The notes: generated from the letters alone by a model not told the origin. A stretch of DNA of 64,000 nucleotides from Octopus sinensis (GCF_006345805.1 NC_043004.1:45012001-45076000); one strand, 5' to 3'; counted from the stretch's first letter, positions 28,606-43,566 are shown. Numbers and translations are program-made.

Positions 28606-31317
28606 GGATGATGATAATTATAATAACTGTGATGATGATGATGATAATTGTTGTTGTTATTATCATAGAAGAAAATAGTGGAAAACAGAGCGAGATAGTG
28701 TGAAAGGATTGGCTGAATCGAAGAACAATTAATAAATTTGGTTTAAAGAGAACAAACATTGCTAACTGTAAATAACTCTGTTGAAAATGGTGAGCAGTTC
28801 GTTTGAAGGAGGAGATGGCGACATAGCAGTAGTTGTGGTACCGTTGAGTTGAAACTGTATAGTGCTTGTACTGGTGGGTGTATGGTGTGGTGTGGTGGTA
28901 GCGCTTGTCTATGGCGGGGTTTCACTAACTTCGATGGTGCTGGTTGAGGTAGAGAGTATTGCTGGTTTCCGTGATGGAGGAGTTGTAAAGATTATTGATT
29001 AGTGTGATACTACTGACTAACAAAGTCACTGGTTTCAATTCTGCATCAGTGAAGCTCTCGCTTACGTTTGATCGATTTTTGTTTTTTATATTGTTTTCTT
29101 TTTCGTTCCTTTTTTTTTTTTTCTAAATTTTTATTTTTGTTAAAGTATTTCTGTATTAATAGTAATGTAACTGTTGGTACATTAAGCAAGTTCGTATTGG
29201 TGTTGTGCAGTCTTGAGAAAAATTATCTTTTGTGGTTTCCAAGTTGTTGCCTGTTTTAAGTTTACTTATTATTCCTTTGAAAAAGACACTAATGTGACAA
29301 ACTTCTATTTGTTTCTTTTTTTTTTCTCTCCTTCCTTTGTAATTCTGAATATATATGTCTATTGAAGAAAGAGATTGTTTTTCTCCTTTGTTTACCACAG
29401 CTATTATTATTGTTATTATTATCATCATCATTATTATTATTAATATGTAAACTCATAAAACTTCATAGTGGAGTGCAGTGGTCTTCATTCTGTTATTCAC
29501 TTGTTTTGATTGTTGGTTTGTGGCCATGCCGATGTATCATCTTCAAAGCTAAGAGCAACTCCCTGCATTAAGGAAACATTGCATTCTTGGACACCATTCT
29601 TTTAAAGTGGAATTCTGTAACATGAAATTTATGTTTCCATTGACTTTTATGTTATAATAACAAGGGAAGTAATGAGAAAATGGGTCCTCCCTATGTTATG
29701 AAAGAGTAGCTTTCCTGAAAATTTTCATATTGTGTAAAACTCCATAACACAAAAACCTATTCTCCCATTGTCCTTTTTTTTTTTTAATTGTTAACTATAA
29801 AAGAAGGGGCAGTATCCATGCCTGTTATGGAAGAGGCAGTGTCCATGCCTCTTTGAATGGTAAGATTGATGCCATTAATATTCTTCTTGAACGTATGTAA
29901 GTCAACACGTTGTTAACAATGTACTTCACTAGTCTCTGCTATTTTCAGAGCCTTTGAAGGAGCCGCACTGTTGTTGCTTGACCTGCTTGAATTAGCATAT
30001 ATGTCTCTCAAATACGCATTCCCTCCACACACATACATACACACTCTATTGTCTTAAGGGTGGACACACACCCTAATGTCTTAAGGAAAGAAGACACGTT
30101 AGGGTTAGGGTTAATCTCAGACTTTGAAAAATGAGATGGAATAATCAGGGCTTGACTATCTTTCATCGCGGATCTAATTTGATCAGGGCTGACATGGGCC
30201 TAAACAATAGCAATTTTATCATTAGTCTTCTTCAAAAGCTTCAAAATTGAGTACTCTTTTACAGAAGGTTTTGTCTAAAATTTTACAGTTCTTTACATAA
30301 ATAGGCTAAAATGTTCTCTGCTGGCATAATTGAGGTCTACCATTTAGAATTGAATCAGTGTTTATTCCTGGTTCCTTTATATTGATGAAATTGACAGAAG
30401 GCAAAATATTTTCTTACTATTTGGAAAATTACATAATACCTCTATCGTTTGTTTAATCATCTTGGAATAAGCTATGGCTTGTTATTTTGTTAGAAACATA
30501 TTGTAAATTTTTATTTGCCAGAAGTTTTCAAATCTAACATAGTCCTTCTCACTCACCTTTTCTTATTTTTCTCTATAAACAAGGACTAAAAGGCTATAAT
30601 GTAGAAATAATGTTTCTGCAAGGGAATGTAAACACTCAGAATACAGATTTAATATTTGTAAATATTAATCATTACCTCTAGTTCAGTTATATATTATGTT
30701 GTCATTGCAATGACATTCCTTAATTCTTCACATTCAATTTTGATGTCAGATAATATTTTGGCTGTGATTTTGTGTCCATATGCACACAGCTGTACCCATA
30801 TACTCTTTCTCCCCCCCACACACACACTTTTAAATATTAGAGGCATTTTAGGTTTAGGGCTTAACTCTAGTTTTGTGACATCAAGGAGATTATACATGAA
30901 TATCTCATTAGATAGGACACCTGTTCATTACAGGTATCTTATATATACTACATGTAGATCTTGATTACTGTGGCATATATATATATATTGTATTTTGGAA
31001 GTCTTCTCTTACTATCAGAACTTGTTAGAGCATTGACTGATAAAATAACAAGATTGATATGATTGATAAAATAACTGATAGGTACAGGGGCTGAGTTAAC
31101 TCTAGTTTCCAACCCCCAAAATGTATAGCCTTGTGTTAATGCTTCATAATTAAAACATATACATTCTGATTATCACTAAGGCACTGGCATGTAGATAAGA
31201 AGTTAATTTCCACAAACAAGTGGGTTCATGTCCAGCCACACTTCCCAAAAACTAATCAGCCCTGGGCCAACTAATGTCTTATTAATGAATTTGGTGGATA
31301 GAATCTGTGGAAATCTA

Positions 31318-31371
<54 letters not shown>

Positions 31372-31781
31372 CTTGAGATATGCTGAAGATTTTCTATTTT
31401 GGATATATTTGGGGTACTTAGGTCTGCTCATGACTTAGTGCTTGCTTTTTCCATGGGTATGAGTAAGTATTTCATTTATGTCTTACGTATTTATTGCTGA
31501 CGAGGAGAAAATTCTTATGAATTAACTCTGAAATTGGGACCAATACGGTAATAACGGAATTTTTTAGAAATATCTGTCGGCTAGTTTCGAGACACATATT
31601 AATAGCGATAAATTATAATGGTTATTGACAATTTGTCTATTTTTGGCATATTTGGCATTAGAATTTTTTTTCTTTTGCCCTTGTTTTATAAGTTATTTAT
31701 AAATTTAACCATTAAAGGTATTTTTTAATATGCTGGCCATTGATAAAAGTTTTTTCGAAAAATTTTATCCTATATCAGATG

Positions 31782-31782
<1 letters not shown>
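31372..31782 (+). mobile_element. Solo hammerhead-containing element (retrozyme/Penelope pLTR-like) between TA/TG microsatellites
   Basis: ~410-bp AT-rich segment bounded by (TA)n(TG)n on both sides, interrupting a degenerate SINE; contains the hammerhead at 31491-31551. Boundaries approximate. Confidence 0.6.
31491..31551 (+). ncRNA. Type I hammerhead ribozyme
   Basis: Stem I UUAUUG/CGGUAA; CUGACGA 31497-31503; stem II GGAG-AA-AAUUC(UUAU)GAAUU-AA-CUCU; GAAA 31530-31533; stem III AUUGG(GA)CCAAU; predicted cleavage after A31545 (AUA). Confidence 0.8.
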
Positions 31783-31816
<34 letters not shown>

Positions 31817-33110
31817 TTGCATGTTGATGTCCTGTAGTCTTAATTGAACAAAATATGTTTACATTCTTTAACATTATGAACAGTCACTCTGAACTTTCAA
31901 AGATTTGTGGCTTAGGAAATAAGTATCCCTTACTTGAAAAACAGATTAGTGTTGGCAACAAGCAGAACATCTGGCTGTAAAACATTGCATCAGATACATC
32001 CCCATTCAACACATGCCAGCATGGAAATACAGACATTAAACAAATTATAAATGGAATTAATTATTGTTTATGTTTCTATTGTTCCATTTCGGAGTTATGT
32101 GATCAGTTTTTGTGTTTTCTATGCATTATACTCTGCTGTATCTACTCAAGTGTTTTCAAACAGTTCATATATGTAGGCTTTTGTTGTTTATTCATTTCTT
32201 CAGTTGTTTTAATTTTATTGTTGTTTTTGCTGTTTTGGTGATGTTAGCATTATTCAAATGACATTATATTCGCAAATTCTATGACAACGAATTTGGATGT
32301 GTTGTGCAGGTAGAATTTAACATTCTACATTTATACTTTGCTCAAATGTATAACCTGAGACCTGGGGGTAAATTTGATCTCTGGTCTTGAGTGTTACTAG
32401 CTTAATACTATTATACTACACTACGTTGCTTCAAGTTTTGACATACAAAGCAAGTAGATTTAAGTGGGTCTAATATAACTTAGGAACCGATTTGGTAACT
32501 ACAGTTAAAGTGGCAGCAGAAGAAACATAAAGCTCAATATAACTTGCCTACGTCCCTTGTGTGTCAAGATTTGTCATATGATTCTAACCTCAATAGTGTG
32601 ATGTGACAAAACGTGAGAGTATTACAGTGATGGCCATTCAGCAGTGGCGCCACCATTACTGCCACCACTGTCACAGCCACTACCACCACCGTCACTGTCT
32701 TCTTTTACCTTTCCTGAAACTTGTTGGATGCATTCATGTAAAGCACTGTTTAAGATGCAGTATCATTCAAGCATGGAAATTGGTGAGGAACTGCATGTGT
32801 GCATGCATGCATGCATGCCTATATGCAAGCATGCATGCATGCATAGACCTGTATGCATTTAAGCATTTATGTGCATGTGTGTGTTTGTAGGAAGATAAAA
32901 CAAAATTGGTAACTGCGAAAATAATAATAAAAAGCAATAAAATGAACATAGAAATGGAAGAATTTCAAAAGAAATTCCATAATTCACAACTGACTAATCT
33001 CTTTCTTAGCAGGGAATATCCTCATGTGGCATTCCATAATTTCCTGTAAATTTCTATTTTCAATTTTTCCTTCTTATTCTTTGCTGTAAGATAGCTTGTG
33101 TGTGTGTGTG

Positions 33111-33176
<66 letters not shown>

Positions 33177-33276
33177 AAGTTGTGTGTGTATGTGTTTGAA
33201 AGGGAAAAATTTTAGTTTACTTCAAATTATCTTATATATATTTGTTTTTTTCTACATTCCAAAGATATTTTATATA

Positions 33277-33315
<39 letters not shown>

Positions 33316-33753
33316 ATGTAGTGACTTTTTTTTATCTTTGTTATTTCATGCTTTATTTTTTCCCCATGATTCTTTGTACTTGGCTGCATCCCATGGTTCC
33401 TAATATTTGGCATTAAATTCTTAAAGAAAATCTCCATCTCTGCAATAGCAGCCGAAGGTGGTATTTCAAATAAAAATAAAATTTATTTGAAAATATAATA
33501 ATAATAATAATAATAATAATAGTAATAAATATATAATAATAATACTGACAATATTGAGAGTTGGTAGGTGTTATTTTTATTATTAAATTTTGAATTTTTC
33601 ATGCTTTAAACAAAAAACAAAAAAATTATGTTAAATTGTTTTCTGTAGTGATGTTGTTGTTGTTGTTTTCCAAACTGCAACTGATAGCCTTCAATCCTAC
33701 ACATTCTATGTAGAAATAGAATCTTTCAGTGTCTGCATTTGAGAGTATTGTTG

Positions 33754-33790
<37 letters not shown>

Positions 33791-35435
33791 TACACACGCA
33801 TTCTCTCTCACTCTCTCTAAATCACTCTCTCTCACTGACTCACTCACTCAACACAAACACACCATATGTGCATATGTACCCTTTCACATATATTCTCTCA
33901 TTTTGTCTTGTGTATTTTGCTCATCCCTTACTCTCCTTTCTGCCTCTGTCTCTTTCTTTCTCTCTCTGTTTCTCTCTCTCTCTCCCCATTTGTTCCTCTG
34001 CCTCTCATGCATTACTCTTGTAAATTCAATAGACACATCCAATAAATTTACAGCTCAGTTCACATTTTTGACACCTTCACATCTTTATTTCTCATCTCTC
34101 TCTCACTCTCTCAATCACACACACACACACACATTTTTACATATTGTCGCACAAACCCTTAAAGAATCCTAACTTTCCCCTCAGTTCCCCACTCTCTCTC
34201 TCTCCGTCTCACGAATTGATGCACTATATTACTCTACACACATGCACTAAATACGCACTCAGCACGCACTCATGTATGTTCCCCCTCCCATCTTTCCGTG
34301 TATCCCCACTGATGTATCCACTTAACCCACACTGGTTGATTCTATTTCCAAAGCAGAAGGATAACAGAGTATGGCCTACAAAATAGCTTCCTTTAAAAAT
34401 AAATTATCCATTCATATCTAGCTAATGTAGGATTTGTGTGTGTGAGAGAGAGAGAAAAAGAGAGAGGGCTACTTATTTATTTATGTGTATTTTGGAAATA
34501 TTCTTGTTGCTTTTTCTTTTATTGTGTATTTTTTCTTTATATTTGTTACTCCTAACATGTTTGTCAATACTAAAATATTTCTTTACATTATTCTCAGTTA
34601 TTATCTCTATGATGAAAATCACCATAATTTCATTGCTATCATCATCATCATCATCTTTGTCAGTAGCAGTAACATTGTTGTTATCATTGTCATTATACTT
34701 ACATCATCATTGTCATCCTCATCAAAACCACCACCAGTCATCATTGTTATCTTCATCATCACTTTGACCAAATAAATCTAAACTCAAGCCAGGACATATA
34801 TTTTTAATTTAACCGGAGATTACTACCATCTGCTCAAGAGTAATATAGTAACATCTTGCTATAGCAGGGTTCTATCAACTACCCAGATCTCTTGGTCATT
34901 TCACCTACATCCAAACTATTAGCCAACCTGAGGCAGTGACAAAAATCATTTGCACTAGGAACCAAGCTGTAATATTGAACCCAGAGCCATTTCTACTGTG
35001 CCCATAAAATATGAACTTTGACTATATATCATACCTCCTCAAACTCTTACATGACCTAAAATAGAACTGGGAATGTTTTAAACATAGGGTTTCTTAGGCA
35101 GTAAGTCTTCATGTGGATGCGTGCCTTGTTAGAAATGTCAGGTAAATCTCCTTCAGAATGCTCACAAAGAAACCCCCAAACCACATGCATTATGTAATGT
35201 AGTTTTAGAATTGTTTTGTCAGGAAAAAAGTGGACTGGTTTTGGCCAGAGCACCCTTGATCACAGTCATGTTCTATGGCTGCTGTCAAGTCCTAGCCTGA
35301 ATGCCTGCAACAGAGTGAGTGCTGCTAAAAATACCCAAGGACCAAGTGGGGGTAGCAAACTGGGTGATGGATTAAGTCTACCATCCAACAACTCAGATTA
35401 CAAAAAGCCAGGTGTGATTCACCATAAGGTATTCT

Positions 35436-35850
35436 GGATCTTTTCGGTTTGAACGGCAGTTTTTAACATAATTTCTACGTAACTAAAAAATTTTAAACTT
35501 CGTATACTGATAGAATGTGTTTATAAAACATCTTTTTCTCTTGGCTTTATTGAGAAAATTCTATAGTTTGTAAGATATTTGTTGTTTTTTTCTTCAATTT
35601 CTGCAATTTCAACCAATCAGTGACATCTTTTAGTTAAAAACCATTCTGTGCCGTATGAATATGTCCCTCGTTTAAGAAACAGATTGGGTTTATTTACTTT
35701 ACATTTGTGAAGAAAAAAAGATACCCTTCCCCCCTAACCCTAAACCTAAAACAGATAGAAATTCAATAGATCGATACTAGGGTCATAATTATGGGTGACA
35801 ATTTCATATGACACAGCTAGAAAAAACTGCCGTTCAAACTGAACAGATCC
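35436..35850. mobile_element. MITE with ~29-bp terminal inverted repeats
   Basis: GGATCTTTTCGGTTTGAACGGCAGTTTTT ... AAAAACTGCCGTTCAAACTGAACAGATCC; flanks GGTATTCT / GGTATTCC (6-8 bp target duplication); second copy at 63672. Confidence 0.88.
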
Positions 35851-36808
35851 GGTATTCCTGTTTGGTTCTTCAGCAATACTATAATCCACTGTCCTATACT
35901 ATTGTCCCTGAAATTATGAAAGGCAAAGATGACCACAGCAGAAGTTGAACTCAAGGTGCATAGAACCAGAATTCGTTTATTTTATACTCTGCCACATGAA
36001 ATGCAGACTTGTAATGATGATGATGATGATGATGGTATTGCAGTGCATTTGTTTTAGCTGTTGATTAATGTTACTAATCTTATTTTGTTGATTTTCTGTT
36101 CATTCACACCATATTATTGTTGTTTGGCTGTCTGTTTATTTGTGATTTTATTTCTTTACCTTCTATGTTGTTTGTCGTTTTGTTTATTTACTTTTCATGT
36201 TGTTGATCAGTACATTTACTTTTACATTAGTTTTGTTTAATGTTCGAGTTTACAAAAGAAAGAAAGAAAAATGTTGTGTTACCATTCTAACAAGTGTATG
36301 GTTTTTCCCTTATTGTATGTATATATATGTACGTAGCTGTTTCGATTAGTAGAGAAAAAGACTGTGTTGTGGAGAATGTGAGTGTGTATAAAAGTTTTGT
36401 ATTTCAACTTTTCCTTTAATGCTAGTTCTTTAACTTTACTAGCTTTCCTAATGGAAATATTTAGAGTTGGTAAAACTGGAAGCAAAAAGTGCAGCAAAAA
36501 TAGTAAGGTAATAAACAAACAAATGAAATGGAAATAAAATGAAATAAATAAATATTGGAATGTGGTGATGTTGTTGGTGTTTTAAAGCATCAATCTTTAC
36601 AAACAGCATCAACTGAAGCAGCAACTACAACAACAATGAAATTGCATAAGATAGCAAAAAGTAGCAAAGGCAAGAACAATAACAACTACAAGACGACACC
36701 AACAGTTTAGACTAGAAGACAACCAAGTTCACCTAAGTGCAAGAGAATTATGTATATATAAATGTGCGTGTGCGTGTGTGTGTGTGTATCTATCTATCTA
36801 TCTATCTT

Positions 36809-36921
<113 letters not shown>

Positions 36922-36997
36922 TGTGTGTCTGTGTGTATAAATAAATATATATATACATATAAAGCTAGTATATATATATATGTATGTGTGTGTGTGG

Positions 36998-37038
<41 letters not shown>

Positions 37039-37864
37039 TTACACACTTCTCTAATATACGTACGTAAAATTTTATAATACTTATGTATGTCATCAAACAG
37101 TGATTTATAAAAATGTGGGTAAGATACGAAGTTGCACACTTATGCATGTAAACAAACAGAGCATTTCAAGAAAGTAGGTATCTATAGGTGTGTGTGAGTG
37201 TGTGTATACATAGCTATATAGATAAATGTAAGTAAATTGTTTGTGTATTGCCAAAGAAAATAAGTATATTTGTTTACATAAATAAGTAGGTGTACATACA
37301 ATTCAAACTTATATGAAATGCATGTAGCTGTTTATGTATATATATATATATACATGCACTCTAATATATTTATACTTGGGGTAAGAAGTTTTATATGCTA
37401 GTGTATTTTTATATGTGGAGTTGTGAAATTTTGTGTTAATTTAATGCTAGGTAGCTACAAATTAAAATATTTCTTTTAATATCAACATCTATTCTTTATA
37501 TGAGAAAGAGAGGACTACGTAATATAAGTATGTACATATAAATATGTCTAGAATTGTATGTGTGTGTATATTTATATATATATATATATATGTATACAAA
37601 TGTGTGTGTGTGCCTATATATGTATGTGTGTATGTATGTATACAAATGTGTGTGTGTGTATATAGAAATGTATATATATATATGCATGTATATAGATATA
37701 GATAGATTGATAGATGTTCTGCACGGTATCCCTATCATATTTGTATATATTTACTTAATCAAAAATGTCCACATATGCACAAACATTTTAACTATGTCTA
37801 GAAATATGCTTTTTCTTTCACTTAGAAACACATAAACATGTGAATACATTACATATGTGTGCAT

Positions 37865-37896
<32 letters not shown>

Positions 37897-38086
37897 ATAT
37901 ATAATGTATACCTCTGTTTTGCACGTAACTACACACCCACACACAAGGCACCACACATTTTCTTAGACTTGCATGTGTGTAAGAAAGGTGTGTGTGTGGT
38001 TACTATATTCTTTCATTAACACAGTTATCGCAACCATACACAACACACATTTGTACTCCTCAATCTCAAAGGTAGACTAAATACTT

Positions 38087-38162
<76 letters not shown>

Positions 38163-38939
38163 TATATATAATAAAACCTCCTCCCATTAGATTTTCTCTT
38201 TCTTGTTCCACCAATGTTTTTTTTAACCCCTGGCAAATAAATAAATGCTTGCACTGACTCACACCGTAAGTTCCCTTGTTGGATCCAACTAATGTGGTTT
38301 CGGCCACCCTACAGCAACACTACAACTTATTTGAAGTATCTTGCTGATTATTTTTTCTCCTATATGTTTCAATTAGAAGTTTTACTATATTGTTTTAGCC
38401 TATTTTCATGCACACATGCACACACTACACATGCGTGCACACACACACACTCACACACACACACACACACCCGTGATTCTTCTGATCTTGCAGCATACTT
38501 ATTTTATTATAGGTTTTCCATTAGAGCCTTATGCCTAGACAACAGATCAGTATATATTCCTATACTGCTTTTTAGTTATTGAGTAAACTTGGATGTATGT
38601 ATATATATATATATATATAACCCAAATAAGTAAACAAACAAACAGCTATTGATAAGTTACAATTGTTTCTGTACTACTCTCTTTTTAATGCCATTATATG
38701 AAAAAGTTCCTTGTGGAAAGTTACATAATATTTGCAATATTACACATTAGTGTGACACTTCATCAGATTTGCATCAAAAGGTGCATTCTTACATTGTTCA
38801 CAGAGTAAAAATGTACCTTGTTGCAATTGTCTAGTTTCTGTCTTCTGTTTATCACTATTCTCTAACCAGAACTAGATTTTGATTCTGATCCTTGTTCATA
38901 AGAAATCTTTTATGGGTTTTGAAGATATCTGATACACAT

Positions 38940-39284
38940 AGGCATTGCTTTGTTTGGAATCGTCTTCTATTTTTGCCTTGGGCCAACCAAAGCCTTTTAA
39001 CTGGGTTTATTAGGTGGAAACTGAAAGAAGCTTGTTGTACATATTTATGTGTGTAATGTGTGTGTCTCTTATCCTGGTGTTGTTTGATAGTTGTAAATGA
39101 TTGTCATTGTTATTAAGCAGTGTCATTCATTTCTAATATTTTGTGAGAATACATCTGGCCTTGCTTGGAAGTAGGTGAAGGTTGGCTACTGGAAGAGCAT
39201 TCAGTTGCAGAACATATGCCTCAATAAACTCTGTCCAACCCATGGAAGTGTAAAAGTAGATGTTAAAATGATGGTGATGATGAC
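38940..39284 (+). mobile_element. Chimeric SINE like 19452-19890, degenerate
   Basis: ggaaactgaaagaagcttg...gttggctactggaagagcattcagttgcag...gatgttaaaatgatggtgatgatg. Confidence 0.6.
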
Positions 39285-39433
39285 ATAGGTATATTTTTAA
39301 TGCAAACACTCTTATTTACTCACATATGTGTATTTGCACAATAGATCTTAAATAAAACATGTATTGGGGTCAGTGAAATGAGCTATTGATCCATATGTAT
39401 ATATGTATGTGTATATGTATATATTATATATAT

Positions 39434-39470
<37 letters not shown>

Positions 39471-40074
39471 GCTGAAAGGAAAAACAACAAAGAAAAAGAA
39501 ACAAAAGCAACCAGTGGAGATTGTATGATTGAATATGGAATGAACATTGAAATAGAGACTTCTTTCTGAATAGAACGAATTATGATTAATAATATTGAAG
39601 AAAGAAAACTAATTAGTATGATGTTTTAGTTGTTAAATGGTAGAAGTCTACTTTCACTAATTATTAAACATATCTATTTTCCTCTTGATATTGATGGCAG
39701 CAAATTGACAGGACTGTTTCTGCAATCGACATTTTGTTTTCGCTCTTTATATTCTGGAAATTGAAAGTCCTCCACGGGCACGTTGGCCTTTCAATTTGCT
39801 ATGGCTGAGGAATGGAAGTAAAGTATCATTCTGGAGCAGTGAACTAGTGGTGTTAGAGCATTGGATAATAATTGTTCTGTATATTTGTGTTCAGAGCATC
39901 CAAGACAATAGGACAAGCTTGTCTGTGTTGAAAACAAGGAAGGTAATGGGGAAACCACTTTTACATTCTACAATAAAGATTCCTTGATAGTTACATAGCA
40001 CTTGTTGAGGAAACCACCACTATCTTTCTTGGATTGTTGCTTAAATGTGGACAGAACTGGCTCTCTATGTTACA

Positions 40075-40685
40075 TATAGTATTTGTACTGTTTGGTATAG
40101 CATAATAGTCTACAGAAGAATATAGTATTGTATGGTGTCGTATAGTATTGTCCAGCCATAGTATTGTATGGTATAGCTTAGAATTCTATGGCATAACATT
40201 GTACTGTATGATGTAATATAGTACTATATAGTATACCCCAGTACTGCATAGCATAGTCGGAACAATACTGTATAATACAATATAGTATACTACAGCACAA
40301 TATAAGCGCCGTATTGTTCTGGGCAGTATGATATAGTACAATACTGTACCACATAATATAGTAAACAGTGATGTAGTGTGCAGTATAAGGCAGTATTGCT
40401 GTAGAGTAGTGTATGGTATAGAGCAGTATCGTATACCACAGTACTGAGCTGTATTTTACAGTAACTGTAGTACAACACAACAATTCTATGGTATAATATG
40501 GTACTGTATAGTATTTAGTATTATGTTATACAGTATAGTATAGTACAGTGCTGTACAGAGTGTAGTATAATGTAGTAGAATATAGCATGGTAATGGTACC
40601 ATACTGTATTATACTATAGCACTATGTTGTATAGTATTACAATTTAAGTATAGTATGGCGCACACTACTCTATATTACAGTACTA
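40075..40685. repeat. Diverged 5-bp-period satellite (TAGTA/TAGCA/TGGTA)
   Basis: Persistent 5-nt periodicity over ~600 bp. Confidence 0.75.
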
Positions 40686-42131
40686 AAGAATTTAGTTCAT
40701 TCCTCCGAAGTGACAGAGAGATTGAAATTGAAGTATATACCTTCTCTTGATTGGTCATTTATTTTGCCATTTTTCAGACTCAGTATATATATATAAAAAA
40801 AATAAACTGGCAGGGAGAAAAAAAATCAGCTTTGAAAACTCTACACTAATAATAATAAAAAGAAGAAGAAGAACAATAACAACAACAATTATAACAACAT
40901 TGGTCATGATATCATCAGCCTTCCCGAAACTATTGTAAGATAAAGAGATATGTATATTCAACATCTGTCATCTTTCTTAAACATCTTGTCTGTCTGCTGT
41001 TAATATTATTTCAAGTGAAACATAAAGAGGAAAGCTAAGGAGACAGGCAGAAAAAAAAGAAAAAAAGAAAAAAGGAAAGCAGACATGGGAAAGAAAATAT
41101 CTTTGCTAAAAGAAAAGAAAAAAAATTGGTAGAGAAACAGCAACAATGATGATACAAAGTAGACCTCTAGGGGAGAACATAACACCCCATCCACAAAACA
41201 AAACAACCCCACCATGCATGAAACTATCAGACAGACATAAATATGTATCATCCTCATCTGCAACCCTGCTAACAACTCTTGGAGGGTGGGTGGTACATCC
41301 TTGGCTCATAGGAGACTTGTAATTATGTAAGACGGGGTCTACTGTTTTTTTTCCCCCCACCCCGATTTCATAGATATTGTGAGTGGTTTCCTACAATCCT
41401 GGGGCTCTAGCTTTAGCACAGCTACTATTGAGAAAGTGAGAGGGAGACAGAAGGGAGATGAATGGACTTCAGTATTTTAATAGTTGTTTATCTTTATCAC
41501 ACTTCCAATTTTCCCTTCTCCACCTGGAACGAGATGTAGAGTTAGTTGATCTTTGTGACATTCAAATACAGAACGCAGTGACCCAGAATATAGAAATGTT
41601 TTGTAGCTCTACTCTCACACACATACACATGCAAGCATATATTCCTACATTATGTGTGTGTGTGTTTCTGTGTACTCAACGTTTATTCATAAGCGTGTGT
41701 ATACACACACATATACGCACATATATATTGTGAAGGTCAAGTTGACTGGGACTTCACAATAACTTTGACGCTACTCTCAGCATGCAGTCGGCCTATCAGT
41801 AAATATTCTGATGTTACTTTTGAAATTACTTTTTAACAATAACCTTACTATAGCATGTAATCATACACCCATACTTAAAAATATTAATACGTATATCTAT
41901 ACATACATACACAGTGACACATTCAAGCACACACATAAAACATACATAACAAATAAACATATCTGTTTATGTGTACATACACACACGTACGCACATAAGC
42001 ATACGGTACAAAGTAGAAAGAAATTAATGCATACATAAAAATATATGCACATATGTATTTGTATACATACACGCATACATTTGTATACATACAGCCATAT
42101 GTATGCAAACATACTTATGCATGCATATACA

Positions 42132-42388
42132 CCCTCCTCCTCCCCTCATCTTCCCATCTCTTCTCTCCGCCTCCTCTCCCTCTCCTCTCCTCTTCCCTCT
42201 CCCCTCCTCTCCTTCCTCTCCCTTCATCCCCTCCCCTCCCTCCTCTCCCCTCATCCCCTCCTCTCCCCTCCATTCTCCCCTTCTCCCTCACCTCTCCCTC
42301 TCCTCTCCCTCCTCCCTCTCTTCTCCCTCCTTCTCTCTCTCTCTCTCTCTTCTCTCCCTCCCCTTCTATCCCCTCCCCATCCTCCTTA
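42132..42388. repeat. Polypyrimidine/polypurine (CCT/CT) tract
   Basis: Almost only C and T on the + strand. Confidence 0.9.
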
Positions 42389-42777
42389 TCATCATCATGT
42401 CTACCTCTTCCATATAGCTTAGGGTTAGATAAAAGCATTTTGAGACTGTATTGTACACAGCCACTGTTCATGAAGCGGGTAGTTTATTTCACTGGTCTTC
42501 ATATGTTGAACTGAGCTGTTATGCCATAATATTTATGTGACACATAAACATCACCATGCAGTATCAATGTGAAGCAACACAAAGACACATACTTCCATTT
42601 AATGCAATTCCATACGGTTTCTGCCTATTATATTTGACTCACAAAATATTGACCTGAGCAAGGCTATAGTAGTAGACACTTGCCCATAATGCAGTATATA
42701 GGGATAGAAGCTGAAACAATGTTGTTGCAAAATATATTTTTATACCATATAGCCATTTCTACTTCTATATACACTTG

Positions 42778-42832
<55 letters not shown>

Positions 42833-43480
42833 GTGTATGTGTGTGTATATATTTATATGTGTGTGTGTTTGTGTGTACATATATATGTATCTATATATAT
42901 GTGCATGTATATGTGTATATATTTATATGTGTGTTTGTGTGTACATATATATGTATCTATATATATGTGCATGTATATATGCATATATTTATATATTGTG
43001 TATACATGTATATATTGTGTGTATATATGTGTATATATATATATGTATATATATGTATATATGTATATATCTATATATGTGTGTGTATGTATATATGTAT
43101 GTGTGTGTATGTATATATGTATGTGTGTGTATGTATATATGTATATGTGTGTATATATATATGTATATGTGTGTATATATATATGTATATGTGTGTATAT
43201 ATATATGTATATATATATGTATATGTATATATATATATAGTGTGTGTGTGTATATATATGTATATATATGTGTATGTGTGTATATATGTATGTATATATA
43301 TATGTGTGTGTGTGTATATATATGTATATATGTGTATATATATATGTGTGTGTGTGTGTGTATATATATGTATATATGTGTATATATATATATATGTGTA
43401 TATATATGTGTGTGTGTGTGTATATATATGTGTATGTATATATCTGTATATATATATGTATATATATCTATATATATGTA

Positions 43481-43565
<85 letters not shown>
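42778..43565. repeat. Long TA/TG compound microsatellite
   Basis: Visible simple repeat. Confidence 0.95.
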
Positions 43566-43566
<1 letters not shown>

